Numbered from the stretch's first letter, positions 39,718 through 53,480 are shown. The stretch is DNA of 64,000 nucleotides from Octopus bimaculoides (GCF_001194135.2 NC_068983.1:159505666-159569665); one strand, 5' to 3'. Made by a program: numbers and translations. The notes: a model not told the origin generated them from the sequence alone.

Positions 39718-42700
39718 CAGTGCACATAGACACACACACACACATATATTCACGCACACACACACATGTATATATACACATATATATGAGTGTCTGTGTG
39801 GAAGTGGGGGTCGAGTGCGCGTGATTGTGAGCGTGTGTATAGACGCATATATAAATTTATTTTGAGAGATATGCATAATGCCATGAAGAGAGAGATAAAG
39901 AGAAGGATACAAAGAGAGAATAATAACGATAAAGAGATAGTGAGAAAAGAAATAAAGATAAATTTGCATATAGTAATATACGACAAAAGAGGTAAATGGT
40001 GTGGCGAATGAGCGAGAAATTATAGACAGAATAGAAGAGATTAAGGGGAGCTAGAGAAAGATATTTTAGTGCAGAAGTTTTCTGTAAGATGTTTTCTGGC
40101 AATATAAAAGTTTGAAATAGATCACCGGAGAGTAGTTTTATGGGATCACTATTTCATTTATGACTTTTGACCCAGAACAATGACCAGGTCCAAATATAAA
40201 GATAATATAGAGTTTAACATAGGCATCGATATTATTATCTCTCGCAGACAAATACTGTGTAACTGTTCAATATTAGTTTATACTGATGTAATTAAGGGCA
40301 TAATATCTCTATCATTGATTACAATAACTTTTCTATTTCGGATCAGTTATATATGTCGAACATATTTTCCCACATCTCGATGGTCTGTTGCATCTAGGAA
40401 CTAAATAACTTCGAAAATAGCGTCAAATTGGAGAAGATTTTTGTAAACAAACAAGTCCACTAAAATCGTTAATAGAATTTGTGATCATGTAAGAGGAAAA
40501 TATGAATGAATAACTTAACGATAAGTCCATTACCCTTCAATTATTAATTTCTTCCTCCGGCTATCTACTAACATATTGGATAGACATACCATCGTATGTC
40601 ATTGAACATTGTAATATTACGTAATAATATAGGAAGAAAGATCATTTTCTCACTGGGTGAGTGAACTACGAAAATATTCGTCGAGTGACATTAACGCGTG
40701 AGAAATTGACATACATATATTAAGCATCCAATATTTGCTTCAACGATTATACTTCAGATGTTCAGTTGCCTGAGTATTACAGAATCAAATTGTGTATGAT
40801 TGTATATACCACAGTCAATTGTACTCAAAATAATCCTTAGGCCCTTTCAGCATGACACAACGTGTAACACGGCCGATCCGATTTCAGTCTAATTTCATTC
40901 AGAAAATTTATGTTGGCCCAGATGTTGTAAATGAAATTCAGTATAAATTGGTATGACAGAAAACACTTTCTCATAGTGCTGCACAAAGGGGATCAAATTA
41001 GAACCTCACAATCTTGAAGATTAGGTATAATGTTCACTGAGTGCTAAACGACCATGGAATCAACGCAATAAAAATAATAAGATGTGGTCCATTGCTCATT
41101 TAGCTTGTTCTCTGATACCACATCCATTCGGTCCATTCTGTAAATTAGAAATATAGAAATTCAAAGCTTCTTATTGTGCGTCACAAAGAGAGCGTTAAGC
41201 CATACGAAATCTTTCAAAAGCCACACTCACTTTAATCAGTGAGAGCCATTCTAGATTGCTAATATTGATGATTTTTCATTATCAGAACAATCGTTTAAGC
41301 TAGGCGCAAAATCCGAGAGAGAAGTACGCTATTTATAATCATTCATAAGTCTCCTCTCTTCACATTGTCGAAAATGCCTTCTAGACTGAAACAGTCGTGT
41401 ATCTATTAGTGAATGGCTCCAAAATGAAAAAAAGAAGCGTCTATGTAATCGCTTAACCTGTAAGGAATAGCTATCAAATTTTCATCAAAGACCAATCTAG
41501 CGACATAAAAAGGAAAGTAATATTGAATAATATAATCCTATTAAGCATTATGTATGAAGGCAAAGCGGGACGACGCAAGGTTAAGACACAATTGATCATA
41601 GGTGTGGGGACCTCAGGCTACACATCAACACCAAAACTAACATCAACGACAGCAATATCAAAAAGTGAATGATAATTTTGATGAGATTGAAATTACATCA
41701 ACACCAAATAAGATATTCAATATATATACAATAAGATTAAATATGTTTACATCAGAGCGAAACTAATTTTTTTAGCACACAGCTAGACAAGATATATTTA
41801 AACACAGTGAAAATAATTATATTTACAACATAGCTAGACCAAACATATTTACAACATAGAAATAAGTATGTTTACATATATTGTAGTTAAATTACTTCTT
41901 GTAACGTCTGAGTAACTGGTAAGATTATGCATAGAACGATAAAAATTAATACCAAGTTAGTTTTACAGCTCAATCAGAGAACGTCCACAATACCACTCAA
42001 CCTACAAGGAAATAACTAGGAAATATCCCTCAAACGATGATCTATCATTGAAATATAGAGAAAAACGATAAATTCAAAAATCTTGTTTGATGTATATTGT
42101 GATAGAAAACACAGGATGGTCATAATTTTAAAGGCTTTGATATAATCTGAGCGGGCTTAACCAGAGACAACAAATAAACCGATCAAAATAAACCGATCAA
42201 ATTTAATGCATTCCAAAGCTCTGTTGCAGGTATTGAAGCATGAGAACAATCAACAAAGAATTTTCAAATAATATTCGTATTATCCCGGGGATCTATATAA
42301 ATGCTCAAAACATTTGCAACAAGTGTATAATGGACAATATGACACATTAATATAATTTAATAAATGTGAGCTGTTGGACGGTGTACCTCTTTGAAGATAT
42401 ATTTTAGTGACTTTGACACATTTGAATTTAAAATTATTTTGGACAAAACCAATCTTCATAATTTCAGCAAGAATTAACCACATCTTGTATAAATTTTATT
42501 GGCATTATACAATGAAAATTATGTAAAGCTAGTTGAGTAATGTGCTTAGTGACCTTATAGATGCGTACATACTTAAACTAAAACAAAATGGTAATGTTTT
42601 CAATGAATTTGATCTTAATCTGCCCAATCAAAACTAATCTAAAGTTAACCAGCAACAAAAATATATGTCGATTACTTTATGTACATATGTGTGTGTGTGT

Positions 42701-43209
42701 GACAAAAATGGGCTAAGAGAAATGAGTTTGTTTCGCTAGATATATGAAACTGGACAACAAACAGAAAAAAGATACTTATGCTAAATACTACACAATTAAA
42801 ATTCTTGACTTAATGATTTTATCTTCGCTTCGAGAGCTGGTTAACAATAGCGGCAATTGTTAACGACTCCGAATGGGAAGAAAAAAATATGAAACATCAA
42901 TTTGAGTGTTTGGAAGTTGAATGCGTGTGTTGTTTGGCATATATGTGTGCACTTAATATTCATGCTTGCGTGTATGAATTTGTGTGAGAGAGTGAATACT
43001 AGAGGCGTATGAGTGTGTGGATATATGTGCGTACATCTACGTGTCTATGTTTGTATGGTCGTAGAACAGCTTGGTATGGTGCGGCATTATGCGGTGTATA
43101 GAGTGCGGTGTGTATAGTGAGAAGGTTAAAACATTGGGTCTAGAATTAGATCTGTTGGGTAGAAGTTTCAGGAAAAATAAAAATTTTCATTGTTCTGCTT
43201 TTCTTGTAG

Positions 43210-43305
43210 GGTGGCTAACTCTGCAGGAGAAAGCAGAAAACGGAGAGACGTCGGATGAAATGGTGTACAGAATACAAACGGCATGCGAAAGGCAAACCCC
43301 ATTAC
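43210..43305 (+). CDS. Candidate 96-nt phase 1-1 exon (G)WLTLQEKAENGETSDEMVYRIQTACERQTPL
   Basis: Long pyrimidine tract AATTTTCATTGTTCTGCTTTTCTTGTAG, GTAAGG donor at 43306, length a multiple of 3, the other two frames closed, and GC/purine-richer than the flanks. Product unknown. Confidence 0.4.
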
Positions 43306-43595
43306 GTAAGGTGCTCTGTAAATAACTTAGCAAGTCGCCAGAAAGCTTGTGCGATATAAATGGAGGATAAGAACCGCAAACAAGGTACATCAAATAATAG
43401 CTATAATTTGTTTTCTGAAGTCTGCTTGTACATGGATTTCTACTTCGGATACATATACATATATGCATACACATATGCAAGAGAGTTATAAAATATTAAA
43501 ATATTAAAAAAAAAAAAAAAATTCAAACATCTACACCTATGAACAATCCGACTAGAGGCGAATTCCGAGTGGACTACCAAATGTTTATACTCTAA

Positions 43596-43596
<1 letters not shown>

Positions 43597-43653
<57 letters not shown>

Positions 43654-43654
43654 A

Positions 43655-43691
<37 letters not shown>

Positions 43692-43696
43692 GTCTA

Positions 43697-43743
<47 letters not shown>

Positions 43744-43756
43744 GTCTGTCTGTCTA

Positions 43757-43787
<31 letters not shown>

Positions 43788-43830
43788 GCCTGTCTGTCTC
43801 TCTGTCTGTCTATCTATCTATCTATCTACA
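43597..43830. repeat. (TATC)n/(TGTC)n compound microsatellite
   Basis: Read directly from the sequence. Confidence 0.95.
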
Positions 43831-45002
43831 CACTGACACAAACCCAAATATGTGCATAGTAATGTATGCACATGCATATTGAGGACTATGAAAGAGAAAA
43901 GTCAATAGGATTATAGAGTATTGGGAGATATAAAACTTCAGAGTGAGCAAGACTTTTATCTTTTATAGTCAGGAATTGTCTGATTATGAAATGTTTTTAA
44001 AAATGGCAGTAGTACTTATAGGAAATGGAGTAGATTTAGAGAGATATAGTGATCGTGCTTGTGGTGTGGTATTTTTCTATGTATGAAATTCTCTGTCTTG
44101 GTGTAAGATATAAGTAGGTGTGTTCAAATGTCACCGTTTTGTATGTATATATGCATGCATACATGTATGTATGTATGTATGTATGTATGTATGTATGTAT
44201 GTATGTATGTGTGTTTGTGTATGTTGGAATGTATATATGTGTGTCTATGTATGCATGTACGTACGTACGTATATATGTATGTGTGTTTACATTGGAATGG
44301 TTACAGGAACGAGAAAAGAAAGATAGAAACGTTAAATCGTCAACATATGGGGTGGTATCCGCTTGGGTAGAAAAGGTGAAAATACTATACTTGTTTGTGT
44401 GATAAGATCTAATTCTGTGTCGGTGTGGTTCATTAGCGTTGTTGGATTTATGTGCCTAGAGTGCATACTGGTGGTTGGAAGGCTTAAATATATTTTGGCT
44501 GGTATGGTNNNNNNNNNNNNNNNNNNNNNNNNNNNNNNNNNNNNNNNNNNNNNNNNNNNNNNNNNNNNNNNNNNNNNNNNNNNNNNNNNNNNNNNNNNNN
44601 NNNNNNNNNNNNNNNNNNNNNNNNNNNNNNNNNNNNNNNNNNNNNNNNNNNNNNNNNNNNNNNNNNNNNNNNNNNNNNNNNNNNNNNNNNNNNNNNNNNN
44701 NNNNNNNNNNNNNNNNNNNNNNNNNNNNNNNNNNNNNNNNNNNNNNNNNNNNNNNNNNNNNNNNNNNNNNNNNNNNNNNNNNNNNNNNNNNNNNNNNNNN
44801 NNNNNNNNNNNNNNNNNNNNNNNNNNNNNNNNNNNNNNNNNNNNNNNNNNNNNNNNNNNNNNNNNNNNNNNNNNNNNNNNNNNNNNNNNNNNNNNNNNNN
44901 NNNNNNNNNNNNNNNNNNNNNNNNNNNNNNNNNNNNNNNNNNNNNNNNNNNNNNNNNNNNNNNNNNNNNNNNNNNNNNNNNNNNNNNNNNNNNNNNNNNN
45001 NN

Positions 45003-45126
45003 AATAAGGACACCACCATTGATAATAGCAAGGCAACAATTTCACGCATGACTTTAAGGATCTGATGATATCCAAGTAAAGTCATCAAAGTTGCTACGAC
45101 TTCTAAGTCCACTTCATTGACTTTTC
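45003..45126 (-). CDS. Candidate exon running into a gap: (G)KVNEVDLEVVATLMTLLGYHQILKVMREIVALLLSMVVSL
   Basis: Minus-strand acceptor TTAACTTATAAACGTGCTATCTCCAG. Only the phase-1 frame is open for 124 nt; helical, protein-like composition. Confidence 0.3.
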
Positions 45127-45250
45127 CTGGAGATAGCACGTTTATAAGTTAATAAAAACTACCCTATATATCAGCTTTCATTTAGTATTTCAATTAGTCG
45201 AAATGCGAGGAAGCGTCTTTTTGAGCATTTAAATTCGTTTCGGAGCAATC

Positions 45251-45800
45251 TACAGGGTGGGTGGAAAGTAAGTAGGCATTAAAAATTCGCAATAAAATCC
45301 ATATTCCTTTTACAAATTTATTGAAACAAATGATACATGTTCTTTATTTCCATGTAAGCACCGGTGGCGTCAACCAGCTTCTTCAAACGGCCAGGGATGG
45401 AACGAACACCCTTCTGAAGGACGTCGTCTGGGATATCATTGAGAACCTCCTGAATCCGTATCTCCGAGTCGTCCAGGTAAAAATCACTACAGGTAAAAAT
45501 CACATTGAGTGAGATCTGAACTCTTGCGGTCACAATTTTCAGGCTTTAGCTTTTGCACGTAATGGAGTTTCCACGGACGAAAATTCAATTCTTTATACAA
45601 CACCGTACGTGTTGTGTGTCTTGCTAGTCCACTTTCACAAGCTGCTTGACGTGTTGATTTTTGTGGGCTGCGATTAAACATTTCCTGCACTGTTGTCACG
45701 TTCTCCGCTGATCGGCATATGGTTTGACGGCCACTTCTTCATGCATCGTTCATCAGCTTTGCATGATAACTTTTTATTTTCTCTGGATGTATTGTTGCAT
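45251..45800 (-). mobile_element. Internally deleted Tc1/mariner element (maT/DD37D-like)
   Basis: TACAGGGTG terminus at 45251. Minus frames RSGR..RSAENVTTVQEMFNRSPQKSTRQAA..LNFRPWKLHYVQKL are fused directly to SSDLTQCDFYL, followed by IPGRLKKLVDATGAY. Confidence 0.75.
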
Positions 45801-46085
45801 GCTTACCTTTCCATGCACGCCACTATCCCTGAACCAAAACAAAGGAAATCTGCACTTCCTAGCGTGCTGCTATCTGAGCTCGCTCCTGAAATAAATAAAT
45901 CAATAGGTCAAAAGCGAAATATCTCATGAACTCGGGACCAGAGATGAAATTACCTGTCACCAATCCTTTCATTCGCGACTTCCATATCACCTCTCTCACG
46001 ATTGCTACTACCACGAGAAAAAAAATCTTACCTTGTTTCGTTAGAAAAACAGGTGGGTCAATTTTTAGAATTTTAGACGAGAGTT

Positions 46086-46343
46086 TATTTCTTTATTGCC
46101 CACAAGGGGCTAAACATAGAGGAGACAAACAAGGACAGACAAAGAGATTAAGTCGATTACATCGACCCGAGTGCGTAACTGGTACTTAATTTATCGACCT
46201 CGAAAGGATGAAAGGCAAAGTCGACCTCAGCGGAATTTGAACTCAGAACGTAGCGGCAGACGAAATACCGCTAAGCATTTCACCCGGCGTGCTAACGTTT
46301 CTGCCAGCTCACCGCCTTACGTTTCTGCCAGCTCATCGCCTTA
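46086..46343 (-). mobile_element. Young SINE family B copy with a duplicated 24-nt 5' end
   Basis: Near-consensus copy; CGTTTCTGCCAGCTCA(C/T)CGCCTTA occurs twice in tandem at the head. Confidence 0.9.
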
Positions 46344-48760
46344 AACGAGACTCAGACGAGAGTTGTACTCTTCTTGTATCGGACAACAGGTGTTCTATAT
46401 AAGGCCACACTTCTGACACCTCCGGACACTGGACAATAGCATGCAGGACGGTTTCCCTCTCCTGCTCGCATCTTGGACAGGACGATGGGCCGGGATGACT
46501 GTGTCTAGTTAACTTATCCCGAACGAGTAAGGCTCCTCTGTAATATTGCCAAACCAGAGACTTTCGTAAATTATCCATTGTCCGAATGTCCGTCGGAACA
46601 GAATGTCCAGTTGATTATCATCGAGACCCAAGGTCTTCTCTAGGGTATAGTCATATCCACACTCTACCAATCTACTATAAAAAAAATGCGGTTGTACCAA
46701 AACCGCTGTCATTGCCCGAGCGACGGAAAAGCAGGAGAACCTTCCGACACTCCGCGTATCAAGTACCCAACCTTGATCTTCGATGAAACCAGATTTCCCG
46801 TCCATTAAAACTAGTGAATCTGGGAAACATCCGTTTCTCCAACGGAGACCACACTCGTTCACCACCCAGGAGGAGCCAAAGATACCTCAATCTCAGCGCA
46901 TGTTTGCGCATCAACAGCTAAGGCACCCTTAGTTCACTTTTTCAAGGTTTTTGACAACAGATAGAACGTCTCACAAGTGGAGTCGATCCTTTCAACAAGA
47001 AGCAGAATATCTGTCTTTCCAACTTGCTCAACCACGAATCCGGAAAAGGAACGATGGTTAGGCGGTAGATGATGACCGATGCGATAAACACAATGGCCAC
47101 CTCCACCCTCCCTTTCAGGGATAGCCACCGCCAGGACCAGCTCTTGACCATGTGGGTCACCTTACTAGATATCTCAGCCCAGTTATTTTCTACCTGGAGA
47201 TCTGGACCAAACCTGACCCCTAACAATTTAACCGGGCCCTCCGTCCAATCCCACAACGCTGTCCGAAGGCACTGACTTGCCTCTCCAGATGCCGAGCTTC
47301 AAGCCGACCAATTTTCCCCAATAAATTTTACTCCTGCCACCGTCTCGTAAACTTAATGGTCTCAACTACCCTCTGTAGGTGTTCCATCTCAGTCGTGATG
47401 ATGGTAATGTTATCTGCGTACGCTGAAACCGATCCTCCACAAACCGGCTTCCTCGGGATGCCACTCAACTTTCGCAGTAACGGCTCAAGAGCCATCACAT
47501 ACAAAAGCAGCGAAAGCGGACATCCTTGGCGAGCCGAGGCTTTGAAAGAAAACTGTTCACGTGAACGATCGAGTCAATGTTATCGTACAATTGAATGATC
47601 CACCTAAGGAAGCCAAGACCCAGTCCGAACCGCGCAAGAACAGACACAAGGTAATGATGGTCAAACCTATCGATGGTCAGCGCTATCGATGGTCAACCTT
47701 ATCGACCTTGGTCTAAATGGACCAGTGCTCCACCCTTGCCAGATTTACTATCAAACCCCTCCAAGGTGTAGCGTAGAAGGTGGAGATTGTCCTGAATGCT
47801 TCTGCCGAGAACGGCACATGTCTGTGCATCCCCGATCAGACCATCCGCGACACACGCCAACCTTTTGCTAATACCTTGGCCAAAATCTTCAACTCTGTGT
47901 TTAGCAGAGTGATGGGCCTGAAATTGTCTACGCTATCCTCCTTGTCTGGGTCCTTCTTGACCAGCGTCACCACTCCTCGGCGCACAAATCTGGGAATCAT
48001 CCCATTCTGCTGCCAGTTAGTGTAAATACTAGCCAGTAGGTGCCAGGACAAGTCTGGCATACTCTTATACAATTTGTAGGGCAGACCATCAAGATCCGGT
48101 GCCTTAACTACGACGCAGTCTGTTAAAGCCTCTATCACCTCCTCAGTTGTGATCGACCCTTCACAACAATTCGCATCCCGTCCCGAGAGACGCGGCAGCC
48201 CGGCGAGGAAGTCCGTAAGGTCCAACCTACTATCCGGCCCATCGCCCCTCCGGAGAAGCTGGGCGAAGTGCTCCTGAAAGGTCTTACACATCTCCTCGGG
48301 TTCGTTTATCAACTTCCCTTATTGGTTCACCAAAGATCGAACTGTAGAATCATTTCCACGTTGGGTTTCCATCACTCGGGCCCATCCAGCGGCCCTGATT
48401 CCCTTGCAGCCCATTGCACAAAGTCTAGCCATGACAATACACCCCATGTGCTTGGCTTCTAAGTGCTGGTTTAGTTCCAGTCTCTTCACCTTCACTTTCA
48501 TCTGAGGTACACTGCCAGCCCTCATGGCTTCCTCTAGGGCCTTAACTAAATCTTGTTCCCGCTTACGCTTTCTAGCTACTAAATCTATGCTATATCTAAT
48601 AGACTCAAATTTAATGTCTCGCTTGAGGGCATACCGCCATGTTTTATTAAGAATGGTTCCGGTTAGTGCCCTCTGTATCAATTTCTTAATCCGGTTCCTG
48701 TACTCTTCAATCGCTAAAAGGGACGTATTGAGTTTCCAGTAGCCGGAACCTTTACAATAT
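46344..48760 (-). mobile_element. L1/Tx1-clade LINE ORF2 (about 2.4 kb, disrupted): post-endonuclease linker, RT and zinc knuckle
   Basis: GSGYWKLNTSLL; APDLDGLPY; NFRPITLLNTELKILAKVLA; RQGCPLSLLLYVMALEPLLRKL; YADN (YADD variant); LGVRFG; LSLKGRVEV; CPRCEQERETVLHAIVQC. Frameshifts and stops throughout. Confidence 0.92.
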
Positions 48761-49074
48761 AGCTTATGTACCTAGTATACTTAAGTGTAAAAGTGTCACA
48801 GAATGTTTGTGAGAAATACAAATGGAAACTTACCTAACAGATAGCCATGAGAGAAATCATATGTCATGCATGAGACACAATAGATTTAACCCACACATTT
48901 AGATTGAACTGCCTGTGTTCAGTCTACTGCAGGATGAAGACCAAAGCATCATCTCTCCACCAGCCACGGTCTGATGTGGAGGCTATGAATTTGAGCTTGT
49001 GTTCATACTTGTTTGATAAGCCTACTCTGCAACACTGGCTTGACATGATTTGGCAGAGGGATGCAGTTTTTACA

Positions 49075-49225
49075 CTCTTACCCAGAAGTAGTTGAGTCGA
49101 TTATATCGACTCCTAAAAGAATAAAAAAGCAAAGTTGACCAAGCAGAATTTGAACTCAGAACGCAAAGACGGGCGAAATACCGCTAAGCATTTCATTTGG
49201 TGAACTAACATTTCTGCTAGCGTGC
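49075..49225 (-). mobile_element. SINE family B (partial)
   Basis: GTCGATTATATCGAC..GCAAAGTTGACC..GAATTTGAACTCAGAACGCAAAGACGGGCGAAATACCGCTAAGCAT. Confidence 0.8.
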
Positions 49226-49384
49226 AAACGATTGTTAGTTAAATCTGTCAAAGATATACGGTGATTGGCATAGATAATGTGGTAAAAATGTAGAAACATC
49301 TTTGTGGCATAAAAGTATTAAGCATGTAGAAAAGACCTGACAAAAAATATAACAAGGTGTGACAAATGATATTCTTTTATTTAT

Positions 49385-49612
49385 TTATTTGTTTTAGTCA
49401 TTTGAGTACAGCCATGCTGGAGTACCGCCTTGAAGGATTTTAGTCGAACAAATCGACCACAGGACTCATTTTTTAAGCCTAGTACTTATTCCATCGGTCT
49501 CTTTTGCCGAACTGTTAATTTACGGGAACGTAAACACATCAAAACTGGTTGTCAAGAATTGATGGCGTGACAAATGTAGACACAAAGACACACACACATA
49601 GATAAATACATA

Positions 49613-49671
<59 letters not shown>

Positions 49672-49815
49672 GACGGGCTTCTTTCAATTTCCGTCTGCCA
49701 AATTCACTCACAACGCTTTGGTCGGCCCGAGGCTATAGTAGAACACTCTTGCCCAAGGTAGAATGCAGTGGGACTGGATCCGGAACAATGTGATAGGGAA
49801 GCAAGCTTCCTACCA
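49385..49815 (-). mobile_element. SINE family A with internal (TA)n
   Basis: CACGACGGGCTTCTTTCAATTTCCGTCTGCCAAATTCACTCAC..GGAAGCAAGCTTCCTACCACACAGCCAC. Confidence 0.85.
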
Positions 49816-50029
49816 CACAGCCACACCCTCAGCCAAGACACATCAGTACTTATTCCTCCATTCACAAGTGTGTATCTGGTTTCATCAGACTTTCATTGTA
49901 TGCTATCATTCTACTAGCGAAATTCCACGGTTTTCACAAGTGAAAACTGAGAACTGTGGTTGTTTTGTTATTGTAATGGTAGAGAAAATGGCGAATAGCA
50001 GGAGAGAGGGAGGGGGACAGAGGGGTGCA

Positions 50030-50194
<165 letters not shown>

Positions 50195-51844
50195 TTCATA
50201 TATGAAAAGGATTTGTAAGATGTTAGTTAACGGAAGTGATAGTACAGGTTGTATGTAGTAAAGAGTTGAAAGTAAGCGATTTGTTTTTGTGGATAAAATT
50301 TTAAGGAAAATTACTGTTTGATTGAACGTAAAACGTCTCAGTATCAGAAGTTGTCATCGAATATTGTTGTCGTCGTTGCCACCACCACTGCCATGACAGC
50401 TAGGAACAAACAACATCCTTGTCTCTCTCTCAAAAAAAAAAACAGAAAAAAAGACACATCATAACTACCGTTGCCCACATTATTCATCCTTATCTCTTTT
50501 ACTTTCTTTTTCAATTGCTTTCTCTTTTCCCGTTTCTTTTTCTCCCGCTATCTCTCTTATATAAATTCAAAACGCTTCTCTCTCCCTTTCCTCTCTCTTT
50601 AAATTCATTCTCCTGATTCTCCCCATTCTCGCCTCTCTTTAAACTACCCCTTTTCACCATATATCAACACACACACACATAGTGTCAACCACCTCCGTCG
50701 CCACCGCTACCATAAATACCAATTATTTCAATTTTTACTCAGCTTTACTTTCCCGTGCGTGAGACAGAAGGTAGGTAGGAACGTACTATTGCATTAAGAT
50801 ATAGCGATTAGTAAATACTTTGAAACGCACAAAACAACAAGCCACATCGGTATCGTTCTCTCTCAGATTAAAATCCACTACATTTGACATTCATGTAGTT
50901 TACATCTATCTCGATTGTATGACCATTTCTTATCTGGAATGATCTAGTTTTCTTAAGACTTCATCGTCAAACTATTCCCATTTACCAGTGAAACAAAGAA
51001 TATCATTATGATCATTTCAACAATACTTATCTATAGACAACACTAAAATGGAGAAGTTCAGTTGAATATGAGCAGAAAGATTATTTATTTCTATTTAAGG
51101 CTGATTGAAATAGATAGTATTTGTTAGGATCATATATGAAAATCTTAGAAAGAGCGAATACAACAGTTACGTACAGATAAATTTTCTTGCAATCATGTCG
51201 GCTGAATACGGTGTTTTGCTTAGCCCATCAGTTAAACATAATTGAAATTGCACATTAATATTGTTCAGCTAGCCACAGAAGTCATAGATATGTACATTGG
51301 AAGTCTTTTCAAAGTGACAAAATGAAATTGAAAGGGTCCAACAGGGAAATCAAAATTGTATCATGTATTCAAATCATCAAGAGCTTATCACTTAATTCGC
51401 TAAGATATACAAGTGGACTGCTTAGCAAATAACACAAATAATATATATCTCTTTGAATAAAAATATCCCGCAGCTCGACAATGTATTCATTATCAAAATT
51501 GCAGCATTAAGAATGCTATACCGATATGTGATACCCAAATCTACGAATCGAGGTTTCTAGCCCAAAGATAATATAAATAACATATTCATTGTTATATTTA
51601 AATTGTAATATATCTATATAATACAAGATTTCCTGTATTACTTGTATTGATATCGAATCAAAATGAAAGTAGAGTTGCGATTGATGCAATTATCCCTTCG
51701 AATCTAAGTTATTTCCTCGATGTACATTTTGAAATGTCATTATCACTAATAGATTCCCCCGTTCTAATACCTAATGCACAATAATTTAAATTAGACAAGT
51801 TACAAAGTAATAATTCTCATAGGAACAATTTTTGTAGTTGAGCG

Positions 51845-51952
<108 letters not shown>

Positions 51953-51997
51953 CGTGTGTGTGTGTACGTGTGCGGCGCGTGTGTGTGTGTGTATAGT

Positions 51998-52318
51998 GAA
52001 GGTGCATGACTCAGTAGTCAAAATGTCGGGCTCACAATCATGTGGTGGTGAGTTCGATTCCAGGACCGGGAAGACTCTTTATTTCACGTTACTCCAGTTC
52101 CCTCAGCAGTAGAAATGAGGTGCGACGTCACTGGTGCGAAGCTGTACCGGACTTTGCTTTTCTCTTGGACAATATCCGTGATGAGGGGAGACTGCAGTGG
52201 ATGGGCGACTGCTGGTCCTCCACAAGCAACCTTTTCCCGACCTGTGTCTCAGAGGGGAACATTCTAGGTGCAATTCCGTGGCCATTCGTTGTCAAAAAGA
52301 GTTTTTACCTTTACCCTT
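51998..52318 (+). mobile_element. CORE-like SINE (same family as 29237) ending in (ACCTTT)-like repeats
   Basis: GACTCAGTAGTC..GAGTTCGATTCCAGGACCGG..GTAGAAATGAGGTGCGACGTCACTGGTG..TTTACCTTTACCCTT. Confidence 0.75.
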
Positions 52319-53165
52319 TATATGTTCAAGACGACTTTCGGGCCTGAACCTATGGACAACTTCCAGAGATCCCTGGCCTGGCAGTGCTACCGAGGGGCGC
52401 TACCCGTTCGGGATAAGGTCTACCGACACCGCTCGAGAAATACGGGGCCGACCTGCCCGAGATGCGGTCAGAGCGACAAGACCGTTCTGCATGCACTCAT
52501 GCAGTGTCCAACCATTTCCGACCTGTGGGCTTATGTGGAACGACTGCTGTCACGTGTGGGACGAGTCTGTCTATCAACCGAGTCTATCGTCAATATCGTC
52601 ATGCCTCCTTCCTTTAAACGGGAAGGAAAAGCTGTTTTTATTGAACTTGTGCCTATGGCGAAAGAATGTATCTGGTGGACGCGTCTGAAAGGATTAGAGA
52701 CAAACACTTTCCTCTCTGGTCAATCTCTCATCAACTTTTTCAAGTATCACTTGAAAAGGAAGGTGAGAGTCGAGAGGCAAGTGTTGTCTAATGAATGTTT
52801 CCAAAAAAGATGGGTGAATGTAGCAAGGATGGCACGTATAAATGACGAAACCACCTTGAGCATGATCCTATGAAACGGGAAAATTTTAAAGCAGAGAGTT
52901 ACTTACCTTGTGTAATTAAATCTATTAATCATGTAACATTATTGCCCGAGGTAACCGTGGTCTTTTCGTAGGTTTTTCTTTCCACGGATAAACCTTCTCA
53001 TTTCTTGGGAACTTTTTGTATATATTTATCTTTCTTGTACATACCCCAAACGTTTTCGATTCCTTTTGATCGTTGTCCCTATTTTTTTTTCGCCCCATCG
53101 AAAAGAAAAGCTCTACATTGTATTTGTCCCACCTGTGTTCAGCCCTGTGTGGCTAATAAAGAAAG

Positions 53166-53198
<33 letters not shown>
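52319..53198 (+). mobile_element. 5'-truncated L1/Tx1-clade LINE 3' end with stop codon, 3' UTR, AATAAA and (TATC)8 tail
   Basis: The frame to 52873 is open (WQCYRGALPVRD..TCPRCGQSDKTVLHALMQC..KRWV). AATAAA at 53155-53160 and (TATC)8 at 53167-53198. Confidence 0.9.
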
Positions 53199-53199
<1 letters not shown>

Positions 53200-53480
53200 C
53201 TCGAACTGGTAGTGCGCCCCCCTTGGCAATGCTATCGGGACGCACTACCAGTTCGAGAGAAGGTCTACAGACACGGTTCGAAAACCACCGGACCGACCTG
53301 CCCGAGATGCGGTCAGAGCGACGAAACCGTTCTGCACGCACTCGTGCAGTGTCCAGATATTTCAGAGCTGTGGACCTTCGTCGAACGGCTGCTGTCGCGT
53401 GTGGGACGAGCCCGCTTATCGGCCGAGTCTATCGTGAATATTGTTCCGCCACCTTCCTTTAAACGGGAAGGAAAAACGGT
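53199..53480 (+). mobile_element. Second Tx1-like 3' fragment in tandem, continuing into a gap
   Basis: WQCYRDALPVREKVYRHGSKTTGPTCPRCGQSDETVLHALVQCP. The sequence after the gap resumes with (ATCT)n at 53747. Confidence 0.9.

Noticed and set aside
44330-44508. Minus-strand YVDDLT as an RT catalytic motif
   Set aside because: No other RT motifs are recognisable nearby and the adjacent sequence is in a gap.
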